Source of the DNA: an uncultured Marvinbryantia sp.
GTDB lineage: Bacteria; Bacillota; Clostridia; Lachnospirales; Lachnospiraceae
Assembly: GCA_964487425.1 (NCBI GenBank)
Contig: CAZAQD010000004.1
Location: forward strand, 7,063-71,062
DNA: 64,000 nt
Reading direction: 5' to 3'
Part shown: positions 1-11,412 of the stretch, one piece after another
Position numbering within the stretch: position 1 is the first letter of the stretch
How the letters are laid out: each line of letters opens with the position of its first letter
Translations under genes and position numbers: made by a program
The notes under the pieces: generated by a model
The model's database searches: none
What the model saw: the letters and a program-made list of their open reading frames with translations, nothing else
Told to the model about the DNA's origin: nothing

Positions 1-1
1 G

Positions 2-745
2 ATCGGCCCGATCCGTAGCTGCCGTGATTATTATATTGATTTTGCGCTGGAATTTAATGCACTGTATACGCATTATGGGCAGGCGGTTTATGCGTTTGAC
101 CTTCTGAATTCCGATATAGTGGATAATATCAGCGGGCTGCAGTACCAGGAGGCAGCGGGCGAATTGAACGGCTATTGCGGCGAAGACATTTTCTACCGCA
201 CCGATGACCGTGTGGCTCCACACAATGTATATACCAGCGAGACCGGGCTGGATACGGCGATTGCCAGAAAAGGGTACAGCCTGGAGCTTGACGGCGATTA
301 CAGCGGACATTACAAATTTGCCGCTGACGGCGAGACTGTATCCTATACAGACGGAACCGCGACTTACATTCAGCCGAGCCTTTACAGCAATACTCCGTAC
401 TTTGAATACGATGCCAATACCGGATTGTATATGAGATTCCAGTATGGGGACGCACAGATCGATGACCAGACCGGAGAGCAGCTTGGATTTAACAACGTTA
501 TTATCCAGTGCTGCTACATTGAAGCATATGACGACAACGGTTATCTTAATGTAGATACTACATCCGGCGGAGACGCGATCTTATTTACCAACGGTACTTA
601 CCAGTGGGCTACCTGGAGCAAGGATTCCGAGTGGGGACCGGCAAGATACTATGATGCAAATGGAAATGAGCTGAGCATCAACCAGGGTACGACATGGGTA
701 AGCATTGTACAGGACAGCAGAAGCGGGGATACCGAATTCCATTAA
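2..745 (+). CDS. DUF3048 (YerB-like) domain protein, 5'-truncated by the window edge
   Basis: The frame is open from base 2 (IGPIRSCRDYY, the GPxRSxR motif of the family). It also has NVIIQ and a C-terminal G-x-TWV motif. Confidence 0.75.
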   Translation: MGPIRSCRDYYIDFALEFNALYTHYGQAVYAFDLLNSDIVDNISGLQYQEAAGELNGYCGEDIFYRTDDRVAPHNVYTSETGLDTAIARKGYSLELDGDYSGHYKFAADGETVSYTDGTATYIQPSLYSNTPYFEYDANTGLYMRFQYGDAQIDDQTGEQLGFNNVIIQCCYIEAYDDNGYLNVDTTSGGDAILFTNGTYQWATWSKDSEWGPARYYDANGNELSINQGTTWVSIVQDSRSGDTEFH

Positions 746-766
746 TATACAGGAGGATTTTTTAAC

Positions 767-2434
767 GTGGGAACAAAAAAAAGCAAATCAAACTATCTCG
801 TCCAGGGAACGATCCTTGCGGCAGCATCCATATTTGCACGGGTAATCGGCATGATCTACCGCATCCCCCTTACGAACATTCTGGGGGATGAGGGCAACGC
901 TTACTATAGCTGTGCAAATTCTATCTATTCGCTTTTGCTGATGATTTCCACGTTCAGCCTTCCTCTGGCAGTGTCAAGGCTGGTGTCCGAGAAGCTGCAC
1001 CGCGGAGAGGTAAAAAATGCGCACAAAGTCTTTCAGTGCGCCATGAAATTCGCCGCAATCTGCGGCGGGGTAATCTCTCTGCTGACCTTTGCACTTGCCG
1101 GAGTCATTACCGGCGGTATTATGAAAGTAGAAGGTGCGACGTATGCCCTGCGGGTGATCGCGCCTGCTATTTTCATTTTTGCAATAGCCGGTGTTTTCCG
1201 CGGGTATTTCCAGGGACATGAAAACATGATTCCGACCGCCACTTCGCAGGTGATTGAGCAGATTGTCAATGCGTTTGTCTCTGTCATTGCCGCCAATAGC
1301 CTGTTTAATTACGGCTTGTCGATGACATCGGGAGATAATGCCAAAGCGCTCGCTTACGGCGCTGCCGGCGGCACGTCCGGTACGGTGGTAAGTGTCACTG
1401 TTGCCCTGCTTTTCCTGGTATTTGTCTATCAGTCCTACCGAAAAAATGTGAAGCGGAAAATGGCGCGGGATATGACGCAGAAGCTGGATTCAGACCGGGT
1501 AATTTACCGCGCGATCCTTGCGACGATCGTCCCGATTGTATTCAGCACCTTAATTTACAATTTGAGTCCGACACTGGATCAGGCGATTTTTAACACGATC
1601 CTGGGCGGACAGGGATATACGGAAGAACAATATAATACGATTTACGGTATTTACATGGGAAAATTTTATGTATTAATGAATGTTCCCCTGTCTCTGGCAT
1701 CCTGCCTCGCGCCGTCCGTGGTTCCGGCTCTGACGGCGGCTATGGTAGACGGGGATTATACGGATGCCAAGCGCAAGGTCCGCGATACCATGCGATATAC
1801 GATGATTATTACCATTCCCTGCGCGGTAGGCATGGCGGCGCTTGCTTCGCCGATCATGCAGCTTATCTTTTCCGACTCCCATAAACTGGCGGCGGGAATT
1901 ATGCAGGCAGGGGGGCTGATGATTGTTTTATTCGCGATTTCCACATTGTCCACCTCGATTCTCCAGGGGATGGGAAGGATGAAAGATCCGCTTCGCAATT
2001 CCGCGATTGCATTGGTGATACACGTTATTGTACTGGTTTTGCTCTTAAAGAAATTCCGACTGAATATCTATGGGGTTGTTTATGCCAATACATTATTTGC
2101 CTTTATCATCTGCATTCTCAATGCAATGGCAATCAAGCGCCGCCTGCATTACCATCAGGAGCTGCGCAAGACATTTTTGATCCCGCTGATCTCATCCGGC
2201 GTGATGGCGGTAGCGGCGATTGTTGTGTACTGGATCTTTAATTCTTTACTGCGGCTTATTTTTATTGATCCCGCGGCAAATGCCATTGGCACGATACTGG
2301 GAGTTCTCACAGGCATAGCCGTCTATCTGTTTTTGCTGATCCGGCTGAAGGGTGTGCGTGAGCAGGAGATTCTCGGTTTGCCAAAAGGCGGATGGATGGT
2401 ACGGGTTCTGAGGAAAATCCGTTTCCTTGCATAA
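767..2434 (+). CDS. MOP-superfamily flippase (SpoVB/YtgP/MurJ-like polysaccharide biosynthesis protein)
   Basis: Multi-TM protein with GTILAAASIFARVIGMIYRIP and RGYFQG...PTATSQVIEQ motifs. GTG start after an AGGAGG RBS. Confidence 0.85.
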   Translation: MGTKKSKSNYLVQGTILAAASIFARVIGMIYRIPLTNILGDEGNAYYSCANSIYSLLLMISTFSLPLAVSRLVSEKLHRGEVKNAHKVFQCAMKFAAICGGVISLLTFALAGVITGGIMKVEGATYALRVIAPAIFIFAIAGVFRGYFQGHENMIPTATSQVIEQIVNAFVSVIAANSLFNYGLSMTSGDNAKALAYGAAGGTSGTVVSVTVALLFLVFVYQSYRKNVKRKMARDMTQKLDSDRVIYRAILATIVPIVFSTLIYNLSPTLDQAIFNTILGGQGYTEEQYNTIYGIYMGKFYVLMNVPLSLASCLAPSVVPALTAAMVDGDYTDAKRKVRDTMRYTMIITIPCAVGMAALASPIMQLIFSDSHKLAAGIMQAGGLMIVLFAISTLSTSILQGMGRMKDPLRNSAIALVIHVIVLVLLLKKFRLNIYGVVYANTLFAFIICILNAMAIKRRLHYHQELRKTFLIPLISSGVMAVAAIVVYWIFNSLLRLIFIDPAANAIGTILGVLTGIAVYLFLLIRLKGVREQEILGLPKGGWMVRVLRKIRFLA

Positions 2435-2474
2435 CAAATACGGACAAAAATATCATAAGGTTAGGTAACAGACT

Positions 2475-3320
2475 TTGAACTACAGAGAACGGCTGAAAGA
2501 GAAGCAGAGAATTATTATAAAAATCGGTTCCTCATCCCTGACGCATAAGGAAACAGGAGCGCTGGACCTTACAAAACTGGAAATTCTGATCCGGGAAATA
2601 TGCAATATCAGAAATATGGGCAAGGATGTGATCGTGGTATCCTCCGGAGCAATCGCTGTGGGCAGCAGGTCGGTGGGATTTCACGAAAAGCCTTCGGAAT
2701 TATCCCAAAAGCAGGCGTGTGCGGCAATTGGACAGGCAAAACTGATGATGATTTACCAAAAGCTTTTTGCCGAATACGGGCATGTGGCGGCACAGGTTTT
2801 ACTGACGAAATATACGATAACCAATCCGGTTAGCAGACAGAATGCCCATAATACCTTTCATGAACTTTTAAAGCTGGGAGCGATCCCGATTGTAAATGAA
2901 AACGATACGATCTCCACTTATGAGATTCAGTTTGGAGATAACGATACCCTGTCGGCATTGGTAGCGTCCTTAGTCGATGCCGACCTTCTTGTCCTGCTGT
3001 CGGATATCGACGGCTTATTTACGGATGATCCGCATCAAAATCCAAATGCGGAATTTATAGATGTTGTCGAGCGGCTCGATGAACGCCTTCTTGGCATGGG
3101 GAAAAACACCTGCGGCAGCAGCGCGGGGACCGGCGGCATGAGCTCAAAGCTGGCAGCTGCCCAGATCGCCATTGCCAACGGCACTGATATGGTAATTGCC
3201 AACAGCGAGGATTTTCATATCATACATAAAATCCTGCAGGGGATGAAATATGGCACGCTTTTTCTCGGCAATAAAGACCATACCTTCTCTCTGGTGGATT
3301 ATATTAATGAAATGGATTAA
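2475..3320 (+). CDS. proB: Glutamate 5-kinase (no PUA domain)
   Basis: IIIKIGSSSL, VSSGAI, IVNEND, FGDND and GTGGM motifs. Confidence 0.95.
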   Translation: MNYRERLKEKQRIIIKIGSSSLTHKETGALDLTKLEILIREICNIRNMGKDVIVVSSGAIAVGSRSVGFHEKPSELSQKQACAAIGQAKLMMIYQKLFAEYGHVAAQVLLTKYTITNPVSRQNAHNTFHELLKLGAIPIVNENDTISTYEIQFGDNDTLSALVASLVDADLLVLLSDIDGLFTDDPHQNPNAEFIDVVERLDERLLGMGKNTCGSSAGTGGMSSKLAAAQIAIANGTDMVIANSEDFHIIHKILQGMKYGTLFLGNKDHTFSLVDYINEMD

Positions 3321-3349
3321 ATGCCTTTGGCGGGTTAAGGAGTAGAAAA

Positions 3350-3586
3350 ATGGGAAGTTCACAGGAAAAAATTCAAAGAATTAACGAGCTTGCGCGAAAA
3401 TCGAAGGCAGAAGGCTTAACAAGCGCGGAAAAGATAGAACAGGCGGCGCTGCGCCAGGAGTATATTGCCGCTTTTCGGGAAAATCTGCGCGGGCAGCTTA
3501 ATAGTATCGACATCAGGGAAAAAGATGGGACGATTGTGAATCTTGGCGAGAAATACGGAGAAAAGCATGGAAAAGAAGGAAATTAG
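3350..3586 (+). CDS. DUF896/UPF0291 (YnzC-like) small protein
   Basis: IQRINELARKSKAEGLTxxEKxEQxxLRQEYI signature; AAGGAG RBS. Confidence 0.9.
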   Translation: MGSSQEKIQRINELARKSKAEGLTSAEKIEQAALRQEYIAAFRENLRGQLNSIDIREKDGTIVNLGEKYGEKHGKEGN

Positions 3587-4118
3587 AAAACTTATTTTTC
3601 AGAGGCGTAAATCTGCCGATGCAGAAATTTTAAAGGCGAATAGTGATGTGATCTGCAAAAAAATCATGGAATCGGAAGCATTTCAGAGCGCAGGCTGCAT
3701 TTATGTATACATGGACTATAAGGGAGAGGTATCTATGCGGCCTCTCCTTGAAACATCATGGAGGATGAAGAAAAAGGTGGCGGCGCCGAAGGTGACAGGG
3801 CCGGGCGAGATGACGTACTATTACATCCAGTCCTATGACGACGTCGCGCCCGGATATTTCAGAATCCCGGAGCCGGTGACGCAGATAGAGGCAAGAGAGG
3901 AGAGCGCGCTGCTGATTGTGCCCGGCGTCGCTTTTGACCGCAGGCTTCACCGCTGCGGATACGGGCAGGGCTTCTATGACCGTTATCTGGCAGCGCACAG
4001 AGAGCATCCGACAATAGCGGTTGCTTTTGATTTTCAGATTGTGGAAGAAGTACCTGCCGGAGCGTATGATGTGCTGCCGCAGGTACTAATCACAGAGAAG
4101 GAGGTGTTTTTCCTATGA
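3567..4118 (+). CDS. 5-formyltetrahydrofolate cyclo-ligase
   Basis: LIVPGVAFD...[13 protein letters not shown] motif. Start moved to ATG 3567, which follows a GGAG RBS. Confidence 0.92.
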   Translation: MEKKEIRKLIFQRRKSADAEILKANSDVICKKIMESEAFQSAGCIYVYMDYKGEVSMRPLLETSWRMKKKVAAPKVTGPGEMTYYYIQSYDDVAPGYFRIPEPVTQIEAREESALLIVPGVAFDRRLHRCGYGQGFYDRYLAAHREHPTIAVAFDFQIVEEVPAGAYDVLPQVLITEKEVFFL

Positions 4119-5359
4119 CGCTGCAGGAAATCGGCATCAGAGCAAAAAATACAGAGGCAAGCCTTCGTATCATGGAGACTTCTTTGAAAAACAAGGTATT
4201 ACACAGCGTGGCGTCCAGTCTGACGGCTCACAGTGATGAAATTTTGCGGGCAAATGAAGAGGACCTTCGCATAGCCAGAGAAAATGGCATGCCAGAGGGA
4301 ATGTTAGACCGTCTGGCTTTGAATGAAGGCAGAATTGCGGATATGGCAGAGGGGATTTGCCAGATTGCGGCTCTGGAAGATCCGATCGGAGAGGTTTTGT
4401 CTATGAAAAAGCGCCCGAACGGGCTTTTGATCGGACAAAAACGGGTGCCGCTTGGCGTTATCGGCATCATTTATGAATCCAGGCCCAACGTAACTGCCGA
4501 TGCCTTCGGGCTGTGCTTTAAGACGGGAAACGTGGTAATTTTAAAGGGCGGCAGCGACGCCATTTATTCCAATATCGCCATCGTAAAGACGATCCGTGAT
4601 TCTTTGAACTGCTGTGGGGTTTCGGAGGACGCCATTCAGTTGATCGAAAATACGGACCGGGAGACTACCGCACAGTTTATGAAGCTGAATTCGTACGTGG
4701 ATGTGCTGATTCCCCGCGGCGGCGCCGGGCTGATTAAAGCGGTCGTGAATAACAGTACCATCCCGGTAATTGAAACGGGAACGGGGAACTGTCATATTTA
4801 TGTGGATGAGTCCGCAGATATCGAGATGGCAGTCAATATTATTTTCAATGCAAAAACGCAGAGGATCGGCGTCTGCAACGCCTGCGAGTCGCTGGTGGTC
4901 CATGAAAAGATGCTTTCTGCACTGCTTCCTGCGCTGCAGGAGCGCCTGTCTGCCAAACAGGTAGAGCTGCGCGGAGACGAAGCGGTGCGAAATACGATAA
5001 CCGGCGTAAAAGAGGCGCTGGAAGAGGACTGGGGCAGGGAATACCTGGATTATATTCTTTCCATTAAAACGGTGGCAGATATCGGGGAAGCCATCGCACA
5101 TATCAACAAATATAACACCGGACATTCGGAGGCGATCATTACGGAAAATTATGAGCACGCGCAGCGTTTCCTCAATGAAATCGACGCCGCAGCCGTTTAC
5201 GTGAATGCCTCAACCCGCTTTACCGATGGATTTGAGTTCGGATTTGGCGCGGAAATCGGTATCAGTACCCAGAAGCTGCACGCGAGAGGGCCAATGGGGC
5301 TGACTGCGCTGACCTCCACGAAGTATATTATTTATGGCAGCGGACAAGTACGCCCATAA
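4115..5359 (+). CDS. proA: Gamma-glutamyl phosphate reductase
   Basis: [40 protein letters not shown] and [17 protein letters not shown] motifs. Confidence 0.97.
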   Translation: MTLQEIGIRAKNTEASLRIMETSLKNKVLHSVASSLTAHSDEILRANEEDLRIARENGMPEGMLDRLALNEGRIADMAEGICQIAALEDPIGEVLSMKKRPNGLLIGQKRVPLGVIGIIYESRPNVTADAFGLCFKTGNVVILKGGSDAIYSNIAIVKTIRDSLNCCGVSEDAIQLIENTDRETTAQFMKLNSYVDVLIPRGGAGLIKAVVNNSTIPVIETGTGNCHIYVDESADIEMAVNIIFNAKTQRIGVCNACESLVVHEKMLSALLPALQERLSAKQVELRGDEAVRNTITGVKEALEEDWGREYLDYILSIKTVADIGEAIAHINKYNTGHSEAIITENYEHAQRFLNEIDAAAVYVNASTRFTDGFEFGFGAEIGISTQKLHARGPMGLTALTSTKYIIYGSGQVRP

Positions 5360-5376
5360 CAGGAAGGAAATAAGGA

Positions 5377-6840
5377 ATGAGTTTACAGATTGATTATGAG
5401 AAAGAAATGGAGCGACTTGACCTGACAGGGCAGCCGCCGCTTTTGGAGCCGCAACGGCAGTATTATTTTATAAAAAAATGCCGCAGGCTTGTGTCCGAAT
5501 TGTCCGGGCAGCTTGGACGCCCTCTGACTGCCTCAACCGTTACTTTTGGCTGCCAGATGAATGCGCGGGACAGTGAGAAGCTGGCGGGAATGCTGGAGAA
5601 AATCGGGTATGTGATGACAGAGGGGGAACATGCGGATTTCGTGATTTATAATACCTGTACGGTCCGCGAGAATGCCAATATGCGCGTATACGGCAGGCTG
5701 GGCGTACTGAACAATATCAAAAAGAAAAACCCGCATATGCTGATTGCCTTATGCGGCTGTATGATGCAGGAGCCGGAGGTCGTGGAAAAGCTCAAAAAGA
5801 GTTACCGTTTTGTAGATCTGATCTTTGGTACGCATAATATATACAAGTTTGCGGAGCTTTTATGCAGCCGCCTGGAATCGGAACACATGATTATCGATAT
5901 CTGGAAGGATACCGACAAGATTGTGGAGGACCTGCCGGTGGAACGCAAATATCCCTTCAAATCCGGCGTCAATATCATGTTCGGCTGCAATAATTTCTGC
6001 AGCTATTGTATCGTGCCTTATGTGCGCGGGCGGGAGCGCAGCCGGGAGCCCAAAGATATCATCCGCGAGATCGAACGGCTGGTGGAAGACGGCGTAGTGG
6101 AAGTGATGCTGCTTGGGCAGAACGTAAATTCTTACGGAAAAAATCTGGAAGACCCGATGACATTTGCCCAGCTTTTGCAGGAGGTAGAAAAGATCGAGGG
6201 GTTAAAACGGATCCGTTTTATGACTTCCCATCCGAAGGATTTGTCGGATGAGCTGATCGAAGTAATGGCGTCTTCCTCTAAAATCTGTCGGCATATGCAT
6301 CTTCCCCTGCAGTCCGGAAGCAGCCGCGTGTTAAAAAATATGAACCGCCACTATACAAAAGAGCAATACCTTACCCTGGTAGAAAAGCTTCGCGCAGCCA
6401 TCCCCGATATTTCCCTGACAACCGATATCATTGTGGGATTTCCGGGGGAGACGGAAGAGGATTTTGAGGAGACGATGGAGGTCGTGCAAAAGGTTCGCTA
6501 CGACAGCGCGTTTACCTTTATTTATTCCAAGAGAACCGGCACGCCGGCGGCTGCCAGAAAGGACCAGGTTGCAGAGGACGTGATTAAGGAACGGTTTGAC
6601 CGCCTGCTAAAAGAAGTACAGAGTATTTCAAAGGAGATGTCGGCAAAGATTACCGGACAGACGCTGCCGGTGCTTGTAGAGGAAGTGAACAGCCATGACG
6701 ATACTTTGCTGACCGGACGTTTAAGCTGCAATTTGCTGGTACATTTTCCGGGCGATGCCAGCCTGATCGGCAGGATCGTAAATGTCGACCTGAATGAATG
6801 CAAGGGCTTTTATTATATGGGAACATTAGCAGAAGCATAA
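5377..6840 (+). CDS. miaB: tRNA-2-methylthio-N6-dimethylallyladenosine synthase
   Basis: TFGCQMN, NTCTVRENA, radical SAM CNNFCSYC, C-terminal TRAM domain. Confidence 0.95.
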   Translation: MSLQIDYEKEMERLDLTGQPPLLEPQRQYYFIKKCRRLVSELSGQLGRPLTASTVTFGCQMNARDSEKLAGMLEKIGYVMTEGEHADFVIYNTCTVRENANMRVYGRLGVLNNIKKKNPHMLIALCGCMMQEPEVVEKLKKSYRFVDLIFGTHNIYKFAELLCSRLESEHMIIDIWKDTDKIVEDLPVERKYPFKSGVNIMFGCNNFCSYCIVPYVRGRERSREPKDIIREIERLVEDGVVEVMLLGQNVNSYGKNLEDPMTFAQLLQEVEKIEGLKRIRFMTSHPKDLSDELIEVMASSSKICRHMHLPLQSGSSRVLKNMNRHYTKEQYLTLVEKLRAAIPDISLTTDIIVGFPGETEEDFEETMEVVQKVRYDSAFTFIYSKRTGTPAAARKDQVAEDVIKERFDRLLKEVQSISKEMSAKITGQTLPVLVEEVNSHDDTLLTGRLSCNLLVHFPGDASLIGRIVNVDLNECKGFYYMGTLAEA

Positions 6841-6864
6841 AGTGACATAAGATGAGGTGAATAA

Positions 6865-9513
6865 GTGGAACAGTTAACGCCAATGATGCAAAAATATATG
6901 GAAACAAAGAGGAGTTATCCTGATTGTATCCTGTTTTACCGGCTCGGAGATTTTTATGAAATGTTTTTCGACGATGCGTTGACAGCGTCGAAGGAGCTGG
7001 AGATCACGCTGACGGGGAAAAACTGCGGACTGGAAGAGCGGGCGCCGATGTGCGGCGTTCCTTTTCACGCTGTGGACGGTTATCTGAATAAACTGGTTTC
7101 CAAAGGCTATAAGGTTGCAATCTGCGAACAGGTAGAAGACCCGAAGCTGGCAAAGGGACTGGTAAAGAGAGAGGTCACGCGCATTGTAACGCCGGGAACG
7201 AACCTGGATACGATGGCGCTCGATGAGACAAGGAATAATTATCTGATGTCGATTGTCTACATGACGGACACGTATGGCATCTCCATCGCCGATATTTCGA
7301 CGGGCGCTTACTTTGTCACAGAAGTTGACACGGACCGGAAGCTGGTGGACGAGATCTCTAAATTTTCACCATCAGAAATCATCTGCAACCAGTCCTTCTA
7401 TGTAAGCGGAATTGATATTGAAGATTTTCGCAGCCGTCTGGGCATTACCGTATATTCTCTGGATGCATGGTATTTTGACGACGACCTTTGCCGACGTGCC
7501 CTGATGGAGCATTTTCAAACGAATACCTTATCCGGTTTGGGACTGGATGATTTTAACTGCGGCGTAATTGCCGCCGGCGCACTGATGCAGTATCTGGTGG
7601 AAACACAGAAGACGAATATCGCAAACCTTACCAGGCTGCTCCCATACCGTACCGGTAAATATATGCTGCTTGACAGCTCCACCAGGCGAAACCTTGAGTT
7701 GTGCGAAACGCTGCGTGAAAAGCAGAAAAAAGGATCGCTTCTCTGGGTGCTGGATAAGACGAAGACCGCGATGGGCGCCAGAATGCTGCGAAGCTTTCTG
7801 GAACAGCCGTTGATCGACATAGAGGAGATTGAGCGGCGCCAGAACGCCGTCGCAGAATTAAACCAGAATGCGATTGCGCGCGAAGAAATCCGGGAATATC
7901 TGAATCCTGTCTATGACCTGGAGCGGCTTATCAGTAAGATTAGCTATCAGTCCGCAAACCCGCGCGATCTGATCGCTTTTAAATCGTCCCTTTCCATGCT
8001 GCCGCATATCAAATGTATCATGGAGGATTTCCAAAGCCCCCTGCTGTGCCAGATACGTGAGGACCTGGATATACTGGCGGATTTGTGTGAGCTGATCGAA
8101 CGTTCTATCAAGGAAGAGCCCCCCATTTCCGTAAGGGAGGGCAATATGATCCGCGAAGGCTTCCACGAAGAGGTGGACCGGCTGCGCAGCGCCAAGACAG
8201 AGGGGAAGAGCTGGCTTGCCAAGCTGGAAGAGAAGGAACGCGAAAAAACGGGAATCAAGAATCTCCGCGTCAAATACAATAAAGTCTTCGGTTACTATCT
8301 GGAGGTAACCAATTCGTACAAGAATATGGTTCCTGATTATTATATGAGAAAGCAGACGCTTACCAATGCAGAACGCTACATTACGCCGGAGCTAAAGGAA
8401 CTGGAGGACATGATACTTGGCGCGGAGGACAAGCTTGTATCCCTGGAGTATCAACTGTTTTGCGAAGTGCGGGACCAAATCGGGGCAGAAATCCTGCGGA
8501 TTCAGAAGACGGCGAAAGCAATTGCCGGAATAGATGTTTTTGCATCGCTGTCCCTGGTTGCCGAGCGCAATAATTATACATGCCCGAAGATGAATACGAA
8601 AGGCATCATTCAGATCAAGGACGGGCGGCACCCGGTTGTGGAAAAGATGATTACCAATGATATGTTTATTGCCAACGACACCTATCTGGATAACGGCAGG
8701 AACAGGATTTCCATTATTACCGGTCCGAATATGGCAGGAAAATCCACTTATATGCGCCAGACAGCGCTGATTGTACTTATGGCGCAGATTGGTTCTTTTG
8801 TGCCTGCTTCCAGCGCGAAAATCGGCATCGTGGACAGAATCTTTACCCGTGTCGGCGCTTCGGATGACCTCGCCTCGGGGCAGAGCACTTTTATGGTGGA
8901 GATGACAGAAGTTGCCAATATCCTCAGAAACGCAACGTCGAACAGCCTTCTTGTCCTGGATGAGATTGGGCGCGGAACCAGTACATTTGACGGACTCAGC
9001 ATTGCCTGGGCGGTCGTGGAGCATATCAGCAATCCCCGGCTGTTAGGGGCAAAGACTCTGTTTGCCACGCATTACCATGAATTGACCGAATTGGAGGGAA
9101 AGCTGTCCAATGTCAACAACTATTGTATTGCCGTAAAAGAGAAGGGCGATGATATTGTTTTCCTGCGCAAAATCGTCAAGGGCGGCGCGGACAAGAGCTA
9201 TGGCATCCAGGTTGCGAAGCTTGCCGGAGTGCCCGACAGTGTGATCGAACGCGCAAAGGAGCTTGTCGAGGAGCTGAGCAATGCCGATATTACAGAGGCT
9301 GTCAACGAAATCCGCTCAGACAGCGGAAACAAGCCCAAAAGCAAGCCAAAGAAATATGACCAGGTCGACCTGGAGCAGATGACTTTATTGGATACCGTCA
9401 GTGATGAAGACGTCCTGAATGAACTGAAAGAGATCGAGATTTCCACATTGACGCCGATTGAAGCTTTAAATGTGCTCAACCGTTTGCAAAACCGTCTGAA
9501 AAACCGATGGTAA
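6865..9513 (+). CDS. mutS: DNA mismatch repair protein MutS
   Basis: LTPMM, GDFYEMF, TGPNMAGKS, SGQSTFMVEM and DEIGRGT motifs. Confidence 0.98.
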   Translation: MEQLTPMMQKYMETKRSYPDCILFYRLGDFYEMFFDDALTASKELEITLTGKNCGLEERAPMCGVPFHAVDGYLNKLVSKGYKVAICEQVEDPKLAKGLVKREVTRIVTPGTNLDTMALDETRNNYLMSIVYMTDTYGISIADISTGAYFVTEVDTDRKLVDEISKFSPSEIICNQSFYVSGIDIEDFRSRLGITVYSLDAWYFDDDLCRRALMEHFQTNTLSGLGLDDFNCGVIAAGALMQYLVETQKTNIANLTRLLPYRTGKYMLLDSSTRRNLELCETLREKQKKGSLLWVLDKTKTAMGARMLRSFLEQPLIDIEEIERRQNAVAELNQNAIAREEIREYLNPVYDLERLISKISYQSANPRDLIAFKSSLSMLPHIKCIMEDFQSPLLCQIREDLDILADLCELIERSIKEEPPISVREGNMIREGFHEEVDRLRSAKTEGKSWLAKLEEKEREKTGIKNLRVKYNKVFGYYLEVTNSYKNMVPDYYMRKQTLTNAERYITPELKELEDMILGAEDKLVSLEYQLFCEVRDQIGAEILRIQKTAKAIAGIDVFASLSLVAERNNYTCPKMNTKGIIQIKDGRHPVVEKMITNDMFIANDTYLDNGRNRISIITGPNMAGKSTYMRQTALIVLMAQIGSFVPASSAKIGIVDRIFTRVGASDDLASGQSTFMVEMTEVANILRNATSNSLLVLDEIGRGTSTFDGLSIAWAVVEHISNPRLLGAKTLFATHYHELTELEGKLSNVNNYCIAVKEKGDDIVFLRKIVKGGADKSYGIQVAKLAGVPDSVIERAKELVEELSNADITEAVNEIRSDSGNKPKSKPKKYDQVDLEQMTLLDTVSDEDVLNELKEIEISTLTPIEALNVLNRLQNRLKNRW

Positions 9514-9526
9514 TGGAGAATAGGAT

Positions 9527-11395
9527 ATGAATAGAATTGAAATACTGGATCAACAGACTATTGACAAAATTGCTGCCGGTGAAGTGATTGAACGCCCGGC
9601 TTCCATTGTAAAGGAGCTGGTAGAAAACGCCATCGATGCGGGGGCAAGTGCCGTCACGGTGGAAATCAAAGACGGCGGTATTTCGTTTATCCGCATCACG
9701 GACAACGGAATGGGAATCGAACCGGATCAGGTTCCCCTTGCCTTTCTCCGCCATGCGACCAGCAAGATCCGCAAAGCGGAAGACCTGCTTGGGGTGACTT
9801 CGCTTGGATTCCGCGGTGAAGCACTCTCCAGCATCGCCGCAGTCTGCCAGGTGGAGCTGATTACCAAGACGCCGGAAAACCTCACCGGTATCCGCTATCT
9901 GATTGAGGGCGGAAAAGAAAAAAATATGGAGGAAATCGGCGCGCCGTCGGGAACGACTTTTTTGATACGCAACATTTTCTATAATACGCCGGCAAGAAAG
10001 AAATTCCTGAAAACACCCCAGACAGAAGCAGGCTATATCAGCGATGTGCTGGAGCGGATCGCGCTTTCCCACCCGGAGGTTTCTTTCAAATTTATGGTGA
10101 ATAACCAGACAAAGCTGCATACCTCCGGCAACCACAATTTAAAGGACATCATTTATAATGTATACGGGCGTGATATTGCCGCCAATCTGATCGAAGTCGG
10201 AGAAGAGACGGAAGCGGTCCGGCTCTGGGGCTTCATCGGAAAACCGGTCATTTCCAGAGGAAACCGTAATTATGAAAATTACTTTGTCAATGGGCGTTAT
10301 ATCAAAAGCTCCGTCATTTCAAAGGCAATCGAGGACGCCTATGACACGTTTATGATGAAGCATAAATATCCTTTTACCTCGCTTCATTTTTCTATTGACG
10401 GCAGCCTTCTTGATATCAATGTGCATCCGACCAAAATGGAGCTGCGGTTTGCGGATAATGAGGGAATGTACCGTTTCATTTACGGAGCAGTGCGAAAAAG
10501 CCTTTCCCATCGGGAAATGATCCCGCAGGTGGGCATTGACAGGGAAAAGAAGTCCCAGGCGGCGCCAAAAGCCATAACAGCGCCGGTCCCGGAACCGTTT
10601 GAAACCATAAGAAGGGCGCAGATTGGCAGCGCGTCAAAGCAGGCTTTAGAGCCTGTGCCGGCATCAACCCTGCCAACACCAAAAGAGCGGGCGCTGCCGC
10701 CACAGGCAGCAGGGCAGATGGAGGTATCCGCAGTAAAAGAGGAGATCCCCTATGGGAAGAGCCCAAAACCCACACAACTGAACCTGTTCGATGAAAAACT
10801 GTTATCCAAAGAAAGCGCAAAAGACCACCAGATTATCGGGCAGCTTTTTAACACCTACTGGCTGGTGCAGTTTCATGATAACCTTTTTATTATCGACCAG
10901 CATGCAGCGCATGAAAAAGTGCTCTATGAGCGCACCATGAAATCTTTAAAAAACCGGGAGTTCACTTCTCAGAACCTCAATCCGCCGGTGATTCTCACCC
11001 TCAGCATGACGGAAGAGGCTTTGCTGAAAAAATATATGGACAGCTTCACCGGTATTGGGTTTGAAATTGAAGAATTCGGCGGAAGGGAATACGCGCTTCG
11101 GGCAGTACCGGATAACCTGTTCGGTATTGAAAAACAGGGGCTGTTTCTTGAAATGCTGGACGAGCTTGGCGGACAGGCGGAGAATATAAAGTCGGAGAGT
11201 ATCAATGACAGGATCGCGTCCTTGTCGTGCAAAGCTGCGGTAAAAGGGAATAATAAATTGTCACTGGCAGAAGTCCATGCGCTGATCGACGAATTGCTGG
11301 AACTGGAAAATCCTTATAATTGTCCGCATGGAAGGCCTACGATTATTTCCATGTCAAAATATGAGCTGGAACGCAAGTTCAAACGAATCGTGTAG
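9527..11395 (+). CDS. mutL: DNA mismatch repair endonuclease MutL
   Basis: IAAGEVIERPASIVKELVENAIDAG, GFRGEAL, endonuclease motif DQHAAHE, CPHGRP. Confidence 0.98.
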   Translation: MNRIEILDQQTIDKIAAGEVIERPASIVKELVENAIDAGASAVTVEIKDGGISFIRITDNGMGIEPDQVPLAFLRHATSKIRKAEDLLGVTSLGFRGEALSSIAAVCQVELITKTPENLTGIRYLIEGGKEKNMEEIGAPSGTTFLIRNIFYNTPARKKFLKTPQTEAGYISDVLERIALSHPEVSFKFMVNNQTKLHTSGNHNLKDIIYNVYGRDIAANLIEVGEETEAVRLWGFIGKPVISRGNRNYENYFVNGRYIKSSVISKAIEDAYDTFMMKHKYPFTSLHFSIDGSLLDINVHPTKMELRFADNEGMYRFIYGAVRKSLSHREMIPQVGIDREKKSQAAPKAITAPVPEPFETIRRAQIGSASKQALEPVPASTLPTPKERALPPQAAGQMEVSAVKEEIPYGKSPKPTQLNLFDEKLLSKESAKDHQIIGQLFNTYWLVQFHDNLFIIDQHAAHEKVLYERTMKSLKNREFTSQNLNPPVILTLSMTEEALLKKYMDSFTGIGFEIEEFGGREYALRAVPDNLFGIEKQGLFLEMLDELGGQAENIKSESINDRIASLSCKAAVKGNNKLSLAEVHALIDELLELENPYNCPHGRPTIISMSKYELERKFKRIV

Positions 11396-11412
11396 ATTGA
11401 GGAATAGAGATT

